From positions 810 to 64,809 of IMG/VR virus record IMGVR_UViG_3300048672_000282: 64,000 bases of DNA. One strand, given 5' to 3'. The notes under the pieces were generated by a model, which saw nothing but the letters and a program-made list of their open reading frames with translations, was not told the origin of the DNA and did not search any database. This document shows, piece after piece, positions 9,388 through 17,519 of this stretch (its first letter is position 1; each line of letters opens with the position of its first letter). The position numbers and the translations under genes are program-made. Source of the stretch: a virus. Lineage: Duplodnaviria > Caudoviricetes.

Positions 9388-10652
9388 GTTCTAATCTCTG
9401 GTATGTTAAATTCATTTTTATTAAAACCATAACTCCAAGCTTGAGCATCTAAAGCCGTTTTACAAGAAGGTTCTACAGGTAACACAAAAAAACGACCAGT
9501 ACCACACCTTACTTTCAAAAATCTCTCTTTACCGCTATTAGGCAAATTAATCTCTATCAACTCGCCTATTTCTTCATTACTATTTTTATCTATCGTTTTA
9601 GCATCCAATTCATATAGTAACTTATCCCAACCTATCAACTCAAAACCACAACGCCTTTGCTCTATATTTTCCCATTCTAAAAGCTCTTTAGCGGTTGGTT
9701 TTCTATCTACTATCCATTCGTTTGGTATTCTTATACCTTTCCACATTGCAATACCCCATCCATCTCGCCATTGTATAGCCAGTCTAGTTGATGAATGTAA
9801 TTGTCCATTTTCAATATATATATGTTCTGGTCTATCGCAAACCATTACAAAATCTTTTGCAGGAAACCACCATCCGCTAGACATTTGTGCATTTCTATAA
9901 CTTTTTGCTCTTTCAGATAAATCCCCTTCAAGTTTAAGGCCACATATTTCATTAAAAAATGATTCGTATGCTTGCCATGAAACCCAAAATTGCCCACCAA
10001 AATAATTGGAATAATTATTTATAATATATTTTTTCATGTCAACTAAGCTACCAACTGAGCTATCAACTGCGCTACCAACTTCGCTACCAACTGCTCTATA
10101 AACTGCTCTATCAACTGCTCTAAAAACTAAGCTATCAACTAAGCTATCAACTGCGCTATCAATTGCGCTACCAACTTCGCTACCAACTGCTCTATAAACT
10201 GCTCTATAAACTTCGCTACCAACTGCTCTATAAACTGCTCTATCAACTGCTCTAAAAACTAAGCTATCAACTAAGCTATCAACTGCGCTATCAATTGCGC
10301 TACCAACTTCGCTACCAACTGCTCTATAAACTTCGCTACCAACTGCGCTATCAACTGAGCTAGTAACTGCTCTATCAACTGCTCTATAAACTGAGCTATC
10401 AACTGCTCTAGTAACTGAGTTACTAATAATAAAATTTGCTATTGGTGCAGCTAAAGATAAAATGTAAGGTGATTTAACTCTAATATACGATTTTGGTTGA
10501 TCTAAACCTGCAAAAAAATAACATTCACGTATGCTTTTTTCAGACAATTCCCAGTCCGCTTCTTCGCAAGATAGCCCTATCTTTATCCACTTTTCAACCC
10601 AAGACTTCATCATGGCTTTTTGTTCTTCTGTTAATTCTGTTATTTTTTTCAT
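9384..10652 (-). CDS. DUF6745-like protein with internal tetrapeptide repeats
   Basis: N-terminal LTEEQKA..W..KW..IGLS; C-terminal GWWFP..FVMVCDRP, LH.....AIQW.DGW, NIEQRR, V.CGTGR.F.L.V.P. Confidence 0.7.
   Translation of the reverse strand: MKKITELTEEQKAMMKSWVEKWIKIGLSCEEADWELSEKSIRECYFFAGLDQPKSYIRVKSPYILSLAAPIANFIISNSVTRAVDSSVYRAVDRAVTSSVDSAVGSEVYRAVGSEVGSAIDSAVDSLVDSLVFRAVDRAVYRAVGSEVYRAVYRAVGSEVGSAIDSAVDSLVDSLVFRAVDRAVYRAVGSEVGSAVDSSVGSLVDMKKYIINNYSNYFGGQFWVSWQAYESFFNEICGLKLEGDLSERAKSYRNAQMSSGWWFPAKDFVMVCDRPEHIYIENGQLHSSTRLAIQWRDGWGIAMWKGIRIPNEWIVDRKPTAKELLEWENIEQRRCGFELIGWDKLLYELDAKTIDKNSNEEIGELIEINLPNSGKERFLKVRCGTGRFFVLPVEPSCKTALDAQAWSYGFNKNEFNIPEIRT
10040..10420. repeat. 12-bp degenerate tandem array (V-x-x-x codons) containing a 132-bp-period exact duplication
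   Basis: Units such as aactgctctata, aactgcgctatc, aacttcgctacc; about 10078-10200 repeats at about 10210-10332. Confidence 0.9.
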
Positions 10653-10665
10653 TTTTTATCCTCGT

Positions 10666-11118
10666 TTATGTAAATTTTAATAATTCATCGACTACCCTAT
10701 CTATATCATCCCTTGTATAGTTCGTTAGTACCTTTTCCATAATTACCGTGATTACAGATTGATACAGCTTTTCAAAATCTTCTTCTTTCATTGATTCAAA
10801 TGCTATGCTTTTTGATTCAAGTCTTACATCTCCTTTCAAGTTTACAGTTGCTTCATAATACCCGGCAAGGATTTGAATATCTTTTCTAAATCGTTCTTTA
10901 TTTTTCTTTACCTCCTTACCTTTATACTGCTTTGTTTCAGGTTCCCAGCATTCGTAAGCATGATTGATAAGTGCAAAATACTTACGTAAAAACTTTATGT
11001 TTCTTACCCGCTTTATCGTACAAGTAAAGCTGTCACCAACCTTGTATTTTGCTAACTTCTCGGCTGACTTTTGATCTGTCGGTACGAATCCATGTGCGGT
11101 TTTTTGCAGGATAATCAT
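10666..11118 (-). CDS. DUF1367-like protein
   Basis: RNIKFLRKYFAL, FRKDIQILAGYY, SIAFESM.EEDFEKLY motifs. Confidence 0.75.
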   Translation of the reverse strand: MIILQKTAHGFVPTDQKSAEKLAKYKVGDSFTCTIKRVRNIKFLRKYFALINHAYECWEPETKQYKGKEVKKNKERFRKDIQILAGYYEATVNLKGDVRLESKSIAFESMKEEDFEKLYQSVITVIMEKVLTNYTRDDIDRVVDELLKFT

Positions 11119-11158
11119 TATTAAAATGTAATTTCTTCTGAGTCAGGAACTCTGGCTA

Positions 11159-11930
11159 TTATATTTGACAAATCGCACACCCTGAGAAAATATCACTTTG
11201 ATCTTTATTGTTTCTAATAAGACCACCTTTACTTGTAAAAATAGAACGCCCTATTTTATTTTCTATTTCTGACACAATTACTCTTTGTTCCCTTCCAAAA
11301 TCATCATGATTAAAAGCTTTTTCCTTGCACCTGTCTCCGCTAGCTAGCTAAACAAGGAAAGCATCCAACTCTATCAAAGCCTTGAGAATAAAGTGTATTT
11401 TCTTCTCCGTTAAGAAATGAATAAACTTCTAATAAAGTCCAATCCAAAATTGGAAGCCTAAACGTAACCCCTAGCTTAGTATAAAGATACTTGGGATATT
11501 TTTTTAAAACCTCATTTGGTGGATATACTTCATTGTTTATTTTATCTGCGTAACGAATAGCACGCTCATTACTTTCCCCGCCTCTCATCCCATACCAAAC
11601 CTGAAAGCCGCCTTGATCCTTAGCAAATTCGATATAATATTTCTTGCTTGGAATTATTTTTAAATCGCCGGTGCAATGTCTTTTCCCTCCGCCAGGGAAT
11701 CTTCCATATTTTAAGCAATTTTCAGGAACAGAACCTGCTGTAATAGTATCAATTTTAACTCCATACATTTCCCTCATTTTATCAATATGGTTATATGTTA
11801 TTGGATGTTCAAATTTTGTATCACAAAAAAGTCCTAAAACTTCTTCTTTTTCATAAGATTCTAAAGCCAATTTTAAGCATGCTTGGCTATCTTTTCCGCC
11901 AGAAACTGGAACAATTATTTTAATTTTCAT
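11159..11930 (-). pseudogene. PAPS-reductase-family protein frameshifted by a 4-bp duplication at 11339-11348
   Basis: PP-loop VSGGKDS, CDTKFEHP, GMRGGES, RVGCFPC; removing one TAGC restores a 255-aa frame ending GCAICQI. Confidence 0.8.
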
Positions 11931-11931
11931 A

Positions 11932-12315
11932 TTAAAACGGAATGGTAGGGGAAATATCTGGTTTATAATCTTTTACCTGCTGTTTTACTTCCTGTTTTTG
12001 TCCACCACCAACAAAGTCAACCTTCAACACTCTCCCGGTTAGCTTTGATTTTGTTTGGCCTTGGCTTTCATAAGTCTGTATTGCTACATCTTCAAGTGTT
12101 AGCAATACTTGAGTTCCCCTTACAAGGTATTGAGCTAGTGATTCAGCCTGCTTACCAAACATAACGCAATCCAGCCATTGCGTTTTACGACTACCATCCT
12201 GTTGTTTCTGTCCATAGTTATAAGCCGCTGCAAGGTTTAAAACTGCTGCGCCTGACGGCAAATACTTAAGTTCTGCATCCCTTCCTAATCTTGTTAAAAC
12301 TGTCATTACACACAT
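11932..12315 (-). CDS. ssb: Single-stranded DNA-binding protein
   Basis: RLGRDAELKY, TQWLDCVMFGKQAE.LAQYL.RG; C-terminal IPF. Confidence 0.9.
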   Translation of the reverse strand: MCVMTVLTRLGRDAELKYLPSGAAVLNLAAAYNYGQKQQDGSRKTQWLDCVMFGKQAESLAQYLVRGTQVLLTLEDVAIQTYESQGQTKSKLTGRVLKVDFVGGGQKQEVKQQVKDYKPDISPTIPF

Positions 12316-12608
12316 TTTTCAGCTCCATATACAGCTAATTGCCAAACGTCTTTCTCAATGCCGTACTTTCCAGATTTTAGAAGTTTTCTTGCATAGATTA
12401 CTGGATTAGATGAACGCTTACTTGCGTGTATTTGTGTAATCAAATATTTTTCATCAGAAGAATCGACATGACCGTTAATTTTAACTAAATCACCTACAGA
12501 AAAACCACAATTTTTTATAGCAATTTTATCTTTTAATGATTTCAATTCAGTTTGCAATTTCAATATTTGTTCCTTAATTTCTTCAATCCTTTCTAATTTT
12601 TCGCACAT
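12306..12608 (-). CDS. Hypothetical protein
   Basis: ORF tiles the operon. Confidence 0.55.
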   Translation of the reverse strand: MCEKLERIEEIKEQILKLQTELKSLKDKIAIKNCGFSVGDLVKINGHVDSSDEKYLITQIHASKRSSNPVIYARKLLKSGKYGIEKDVWQLAVYGAEKCV

Positions 12609-12616
12609 AAATTTTC

Positions 12617-12898
12617 CTATTTAATTTCAATGTAACCGTTATCCAACCAAAATTTCTGGGTTCTTTCTACGCCTTGTCTGTGATCTAATTCATACTCTTT
12701 ACTTGAATCAACCTTAGCATGACATGAACTACACGCAAACGCACCAAACAAGTCACTTTTTTTCATTCCCATGCCGCCGCCGTTAAGGTGTGCCAAAACT
12801 GTTGTAGAGTTATCAAAATTGCATATCCCCGGCAGTCGAATCATACATTCTTGCCCGTTTGCTGAGTTTCTAAGCTTTCTATTCGTTATTATTTTCAT
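12617..12898 (-). CDS. DUF1364/YbcO-like Zn-binding nuclease
   Basis: LR.SA.GQEC.IRLPGIC...TTVLAH...GMGMK.SD..GAFACSSCH. Confidence 0.85.
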   Translation of the reverse strand: MKIITNRKLRNSANGQECMIRLPGICNFDNSTTVLAHLNGGGMGMKKSDLFGAFACSSCHAKVDSSKEYELDHRQGVERTQKFWLDNGYIEIK

Positions 12899-13068
12899 AT
12901 CTGCTCAATAAATTCGTTATCGTATAAGTCAATAGGCGCTGTTGAATCGGTAATATCAATAATTTCCAACAACCCATCTCTGCAATTTTGCAGATCATCT
13001 TCAGGTATTTCATCCATCGATCCATGACGAATTGTTCCATCTTCAAAAATAAATATAAATTGTCTCAT
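12895..13068 (-). CDS. Acidic hypothetical protein, 57 aa (not in ORF track)
   Basis: MRQFIFIFEDGTIRHG...; ATGA overlap with the next gene. Confidence 0.5.
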   Translation of the reverse strand: MRQFIFIFEDGTIRHGSMDEIPEDDLQNCRDGLLEIIDITDSTAPIDLYDNEFIEQI

Positions 13069-13071
13069 TTT

Positions 13072-13503
13072 TTATTTCTCGTTTAATAATTCTTCAAAAG
13101 CTGCCTTTAAATCTGGCTGCCGGCGAAGCCAAATTGCCATTCTAACCACACCTGCAACATCTCCACTCCCGTTCATTAAATCCTTTCCTCCGTGAGTTTT
13201 AATGTATGTTTTTCTTCCTAATGTTGGAAAAATCCAATTCACTTTATCATCAAGTGCTACGCCAAGCCTAACATAATAGCCTCTATTCTTTCTGTGATGC
13301 TTTGATTCTGAATCTATAAGCATATCGCCAAATTCAAGCTCTAAGTCTGCCCCTTTTTTTAGATAAGGTGCGGGTATTCTATCATCATCCAGGCTAATAT
13401 TTTCTGGAAGAACCATCGACCACCATGAACATCTGCTGTCGTCCGGGTTGGCAATATAAGTGATGGTTTCTTGTTTTATTTCGGAATTTAATTGTGCGTT
13501 CAT
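13072..13503 (-). CDS. Hypothetical protein
   Basis: 143-aa ORF with GAGG RBS, downstream of a TTGCCA-16-TAAACT promoter-like sequence near 13571-13598. Confidence 0.65.
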   Translation of the reverse strand: MNAQLNSEIKQETITYIANPDDSRCSWWSMVLPENISLDDDRIPAPYLKKGADLELEFGDMLIDSESKHHRKNRGYYVRLGVALDDKVNWIFPTLGRKTYIKTHGGKDLMNGSGDVAGVVRMAIWLRRQPDLKAAFEELLNEK

Positions 13504-13619
13504 TTTATTATCCTCGGTATGCCCTCTAATCGCTGAGGTCTTAGCGTCACTTCTTTTTGAAGTTGTATATAGTTTAACACTTTTTTATCAATTGGCAACT
13601 TTTATTTTTTAAAAAGGAA

Positions 13620-13752
13620 TAAGTATATGGCATGTGCAGGACTTGATACCTGCTGCGGAAGCTATTCCCGGCTATCTTCTTTTTAAAAAAGTTGACAACT
13701 CTTTCCCGTCTGGTTTGTGCGTGTCCATCCACGCCGACATGCCATATACTTA
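13620..13752 (-). ncRNA. tRNA-like structured element closed by a 16-bp perfect inverted repeat
   Basis: TAAGTATATGGCATGT/ACATGCCATATACTTA; D-like arm GCGU-GGAUGGAC-ACGC; T-like arm GCAGG-UAUCAAGU-CCUGC. Confidence 0.6.
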
Positions 13753-13767
13753 TGATTTTTAGGTTAC

Positions 13768-13938
13768 TTATTTTCCCTTTGCAGATTTGGATTGCTCCTC
13801 ATAAAACCCTTTGTCATACCATCCTTTTAAACACTGCGTAGATGCTGTATTAAATGGGTTATTGTATTTATTTTCTTTAGCTGCTTTTTTTCCAGCTTCA
13901 TAAGCTTTGTAAGCTTTTGTATATGGTTCAATATTCAT
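13768..13938 (-). CDS. 56-aa Rmf/CrpP-like small protein (not in ORF track)
   Basis: AYEAGKKAAKE....NPF.......W.DKGF pattern. Confidence 0.5.
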   Translation of the reverse strand: MNIEPYTKAYKAYEAGKKAAKENKYNNPFNTASTQCLKGWYDKGFYEEQSKSAKGK

Positions 13939-14349
13939 AATTCTAAACCTGCTAAGGGAAATTTCATCAACCTACATTTCGTCAAGCAAAGCAAGATCAG
14001 AGAGCGTGAACTCAATAATATTATTTTTTAGCGATAGTAGTTGTTATTTTTCATTTATACCGCGCCTCATACTTCCGGTGGAAAATATGAATTCAGGTTC
14101 TTACCTGATTGCTAGCGTTTATCGCGCGGGTTAGGAAACGGACAGTGTCGCCTTGACGTTTCCGAGGCTGCTCTCTTTTCAAGTTTCAATTTTACCATTT
14201 AAGGCTTGCATTTTCCGCAGGGCTTAGGCGCTGGCGTTGTCTTGCACAGTCTTTTTATTGCCATTTCCACATTTCCCCGTGAGCAACACGGTTCCGCAGA
14301 TTCGTTAATTGAAGTGAAGTTTTAGCCTTTCTTGACAACTTTTTAGGCC

Positions 14350-14500
14350 AAAAAAAAGGCCCTAATACCATTTAAGATAATAGAGCCTTCGCTTTGATTC
14401 GTGCGATAGCGTCCAAATTATCTCCGATATACCAACCCAAGTTTGTACAAGATAATTTAGATTGTGTTATCGCGATTCGGGGCATGACTTCCGAACCTGA
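14350..14500 (-). ncRNA. Putative 150-nt structured sRNA or attenuator ending in an intrinsic terminator
   Basis: Promoter TTGCCA-16-TATTCT near 14507-14534; two stems; AAGGCTCTATTATC...GGTATTAGGGCCTTTTTTTT terminator. Confidence 0.5.
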
Positions 14501-14520
14501 GACTATAGAATACCAAAAAT

Positions 14521-14784
14521 TTAAACCTTGGCAACTATTTTTTTAATTTTACACCAATGTTTTCCACAAACTCTTCTATATCCACTTTCAGTTGGGGTTC
14601 CGCATGTAGCAATTTCTTTACATCCTGGGTCATCACATAAATTCATTATACAGTCCACACCTGTGCAGTTTGGACACCCAATCAAAATATCATCTGTATT
14701 GAAAGGATTAGGAGCTTTAAGCAAGTCATAATACATCCCAATCCATCCGCAATCATTGCATTTTACTTTATCTTTTTCTATCAT
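14521..14784 (-). CDS. Cys-rich zinc-finger protein
   Basis: CNDCGW, CPNC, C..PGC...ATCG, CGKH. Confidence 0.65.
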   Translation of the reverse strand: MIEKDKVKCNDCGWIGMYYDLLKAPNPFNTDDILIGCPNCTGVDCIMNLCDDPGCKEIATCGTPTESGYRRVCGKHWCKIKKIVAKV

Positions 14785-15764
14785 TTTTTTTCCCTATTAT
14801 AATAATCTAAAATATCCATATCACATCCTGAATCATAATAATCAATGAATTTAGCCTGGCTATCATCAACTTTACTTTGCAAATTAATGATATTAACCAC
14901 TCTAACTTGAATATCCTTTGCCCGTAATTTCCTCGCCAGTTCATATGCTGCTGCCTGCCCTACAAAATTAGTATCACTGTCAGCCAGGATATAAACACAT
15001 TTTATATTATCCGGCAACTCAATTGTTTTCATAGCTTGGGCATTACCCGCACACCAAACCGGATAGCCCTCTTTTTCGTAAAACATCAATCCACTCTCAA
15101 TCCCCTCACAAACAGCTAAAATATCTTCTGAAATTTCGCCTATACGGTAAGAACCACCAATCATAGGTAGAATTGGTGGCATATCCTTTTTTTGTGGCGT
15201 ATGCGCGATTTTTGAGCCATCCTCATTAAGATATATAATCTTGTAAGTAATAGTTTTCCCGTTTATATCCTGCATCCGGCAAACCATTGCGGGGTATTTT
15301 CCTAAGCTCGCGCCATCGTTCCAATAATCAATGCCTGGATGATAGAAAAACTCTTTGGGTATTATCGTTATGCCTCTGCTTTTGAGATACAAATTTACCG
15401 GGTCTCCTTCTGTAATTTTTTTAAGTCCTGAATGAATTTTCTTTAATCTGTCTTCATTTTTCTTTATGTCTGGCTGTTTTATTTCTTCCACTTTACATCC
15501 TCCAATTATTTTTCTTATTTCATCTGCCACTTCTTTAAAGTTCATGTTTAGCTTATCCATGGCTAAATCGAATAAATCATGTGTGCCACATTGAGAACAG
15601 TAATACCACTCTTTTTCAGGCCACCATCTAGCTCTATCTTTCCCTCCTTTGCAAAGGGCTATACAGGCACCATGTTTTCCGGATAATGAAGACTCAGGGA
15701 AGCCGAGCGCAATGAGAATTGAACGCGCCCGTCCTTTGGTTTGCTGAGTTATATCTCTTACCAT
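14781..15764 (-). CDS. DNA primase (Zn-ribbon plus TOPRIM)
   Basis: KHGAC..C.GGKDR...YCSQCG; YL.SRGI; AVCEGIESG; ILADSD. Confidence 0.85.
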   Translation of the reverse strand: MVRDITQQTKGRARSILIALGFPESSLSGKHGACIALCKGGKDRARWWPEKEWYYCSQCGTHDLFDLAMDKLNMNFKEVADEIRKIIGGCKVEEIKQPDIKKNEDRLKKIHSGLKKITEGDPVNLYLKSRGITIIPKEFFYHPGIDYWNDGASLGKYPAMVCRMQDINGKTITYKIIYLNEDGSKIAHTPQKKDMPPILPMIGGSYRIGEISEDILAVCEGIESGLMFYEKEGYPVWCAGNAQAMKTIELPDNIKCVYILADSDTNFVGQAAAYELARKLRAKDIQVRVVNIINLQSKVDDSQAKFIDYYDSGCDMDILDYYNREKK

Positions 15765-15937
15765 CCCGCTATCTTCTCAAGTTTTTCCAGCTGCGCCTCG
15801 CTGACAAACATCTCATCATTGTACTGATCGTATCTATCGCGCATATCATTTACAAAATCCATTTCCCAATTACTTGATGCTTGGCTTTCTGCATCGTCTA
15901 AAAGTTCGTCAAAATTATCTATTTCGTGTGCTTTCAT
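15758..15937 (-). CDS. Acidic hypothetical protein, 59 aa (not in ORF track)
   Basis: MKAHEIDNFDELLDDAESQASSNWEMDFV...LEKIAGW; overlaps the helicase stop and the primase start. Confidence 0.6.
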   Translation of the reverse strand: MKAHEIDNFDELLDDAESQASSNWEMDFVNDMRDRYDQYNDEMFVSEAQLEKLEKIAGW

Positions 15938-17427
15938 TGTGTTGCCTCTTTATTTTTACCTTTTGACCATGCGATATGAGACGCTTTGATTTTTCCAGAA
16001 ACCGCCTTTGATACGCTGACCGTTGGTGCTAAATGATAGTTATAATTAGGCCATTCGCCAGTTATATTTTTATATGTTATCGCAGTGTAACCTGCTTTTT
16101 TTTCTTCTCTGGTTCGCCCCTTCCTAATATAAGACGCTATCTGGTTATAAAGGTCGCGGGTATTTTCTGCTTTGTATTTCTTACATAATTCTATTTCTTT
16201 CATTTCCCCTGGCAAGTGTTCGATAGTTGACATTGCTCTTTTTTCATAGCCACAACTCATACACCTTTTAAAGAATGGCGTATTTCCACACTTGGGGCAA
16301 CACGACTTTTCTTTTTCATCGCTATCTTTGCGTATTGACTTATCCAGTTTTTCTCCGCTATCCAATGCGCTTAGTCCATTGAAATAAATCTCGGTAAAAT
16401 CCTCTTGAAACCGGATTATATTTCCAGAAAAATCCAATAGTCTGCACTCAGTTTTGCCGGGATGCGATCTTAACCCACGGCCCCACATTTGTATCGCAGT
16501 TGATAGACTTTTTCTAAGCGGTCTGCAATCAGCTATACAGCCAATGTCCGGCACATCAAAACCTTTGCTTAGGGCTTCAACCGACAATAAAACTCTGATT
16601 TTTGAGTCCGGCTTTCTAAATTCATCCAGTATAATTTTTCGGTCTTCTGGCTTGGTATCTGAGGTAAAAACGGCTGCGTTAATACTAGCGTTATTAAACT
16701 GTCTCGCCATGTCTTCACAATGTTTGATGGTCGCGCCGAATATAATAGTTTTCTCATTATTGCCGAATTTCTGCCAATCTAATACCACATTCCCAATTAT
16801 ATCCATACCTCGCTCTTCTGCTGCATGAGCCGACCATTCACCGCCTATTGTCGCTGCGCCCTTCATATCGATACGCGTGCATGAAAAAACTTTCATTGGC
16901 ACTAGCACGCCCTGCTCAACAAGGTCGTGCATTGTCGCCGCGTTAATCAAGTTCGAAAAAAGAAGCCCTAAACCCTTAGCAAAAGGTGTTGCAGATAAGC
17001 CTATACAAAAAGCGTTACAGGTTTTTATATATTCAGTCCAAACAGTGTGCTGAGTATGGCATTCATCAATAACAATAACGTCATACTCTTCCTGCCCCCA
17101 ACCCCTAGCAGCTAAAGTCTGAGCACTTGCTATCTGAAATGGTAATTTGGGATTAGTCAGATAATGGTCAGCTTGAATAACGCCAAACTCTGGCATTCCG
17201 TACTTATAAGCTACAGTTCCGGTTTGATCGATAAGTGTTATACGGTCACAAATAAAGATAGCGCGTTTTCCCCGCTTTAATGCTTCATTTATGATGCGTA
17301 AAGCTAAATAAGTTTTACCGGCCCCAGTTGGAGCCATGATAACCTGCCGCCGGTGTTCTTTTGCTGAGACTTGTAAATTTTTGTGCGCTTCGTGTTGAAA
17401 CTTACGTGGTTCTGGAAATGCTTGCAT
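15934..17427 (-). CDS. Superfamily 2 DEAD/H-box helicase with C-terminal zinc finger
   Basis: APTGAGKT, DECH, LSATP, GFDVP, QMWGRGLR, CPKC...CMSC. Confidence 0.92.
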   Translation of the reverse strand: MQAFPEPRKFQHEAHKNLQVSAKEHRRQVIMAPTGAGKTYLALRIINEALKRGKRAIFICDRITLIDQTGTVAYKYGMPEFGVIQADHYLTNPKLPFQIASAQTLAARGWGQEEYDVIVIDECHTQHTVWTEYIKTCNAFCIGLSATPFAKGLGLLFSNLINAATMHDLVEQGVLVPMKVFSCTRIDMKGAATIGGEWSAHAAEERGMDIIGNVVLDWQKFGNNEKTIIFGATIKHCEDMARQFNNASINAAVFTSDTKPEDRKIILDEFRKPDSKIRVLLSVEALSKGFDVPDIGCIADCRPLRKSLSTAIQMWGRGLRSHPGKTECRLLDFSGNIIRFQEDFTEIYFNGLSALDSGEKLDKSIRKDSDEKEKSCCPKCGNTPFFKRCMSCGYEKRAMSTIEHLPGEMKEIELCKKYKAENTRDLYNQIASYIRKGRTREEKKAGYTAITYKNITGEWPNYNYHLAPTVSVSKAVSGKIKASHIAWSKGKNKEATQ

Positions 17428-17519
17428 ATATAACCTCTTGTCTGGTGCAGTGAGGAATGCGGCAACTTACTGAAGGTTTTGTCGATAAGGTAATTAAGCT
17501 TATCCAAGCCGCGAAAGTA

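Noticed and set aside
10040-10420. Repeat array as a possible CRISPR array or DGR repeat pair
   Set aside because: Units are contiguous 12-mers in a coding frame with no spacers, and no cas or reverse transcriptase gene is present
11340-11342. In-frame TAG as evidence of stop-codon recoding
   Set aside because: The continuation is in a different frame, and other genes end normally in TAG
13620-13752. Canonical tRNA gene
   Set aside because: No 5-bp/7-nt anticodon arm, an 8-nt T-like loop lacking UUC, and no CCA; kept only as tRNA-like
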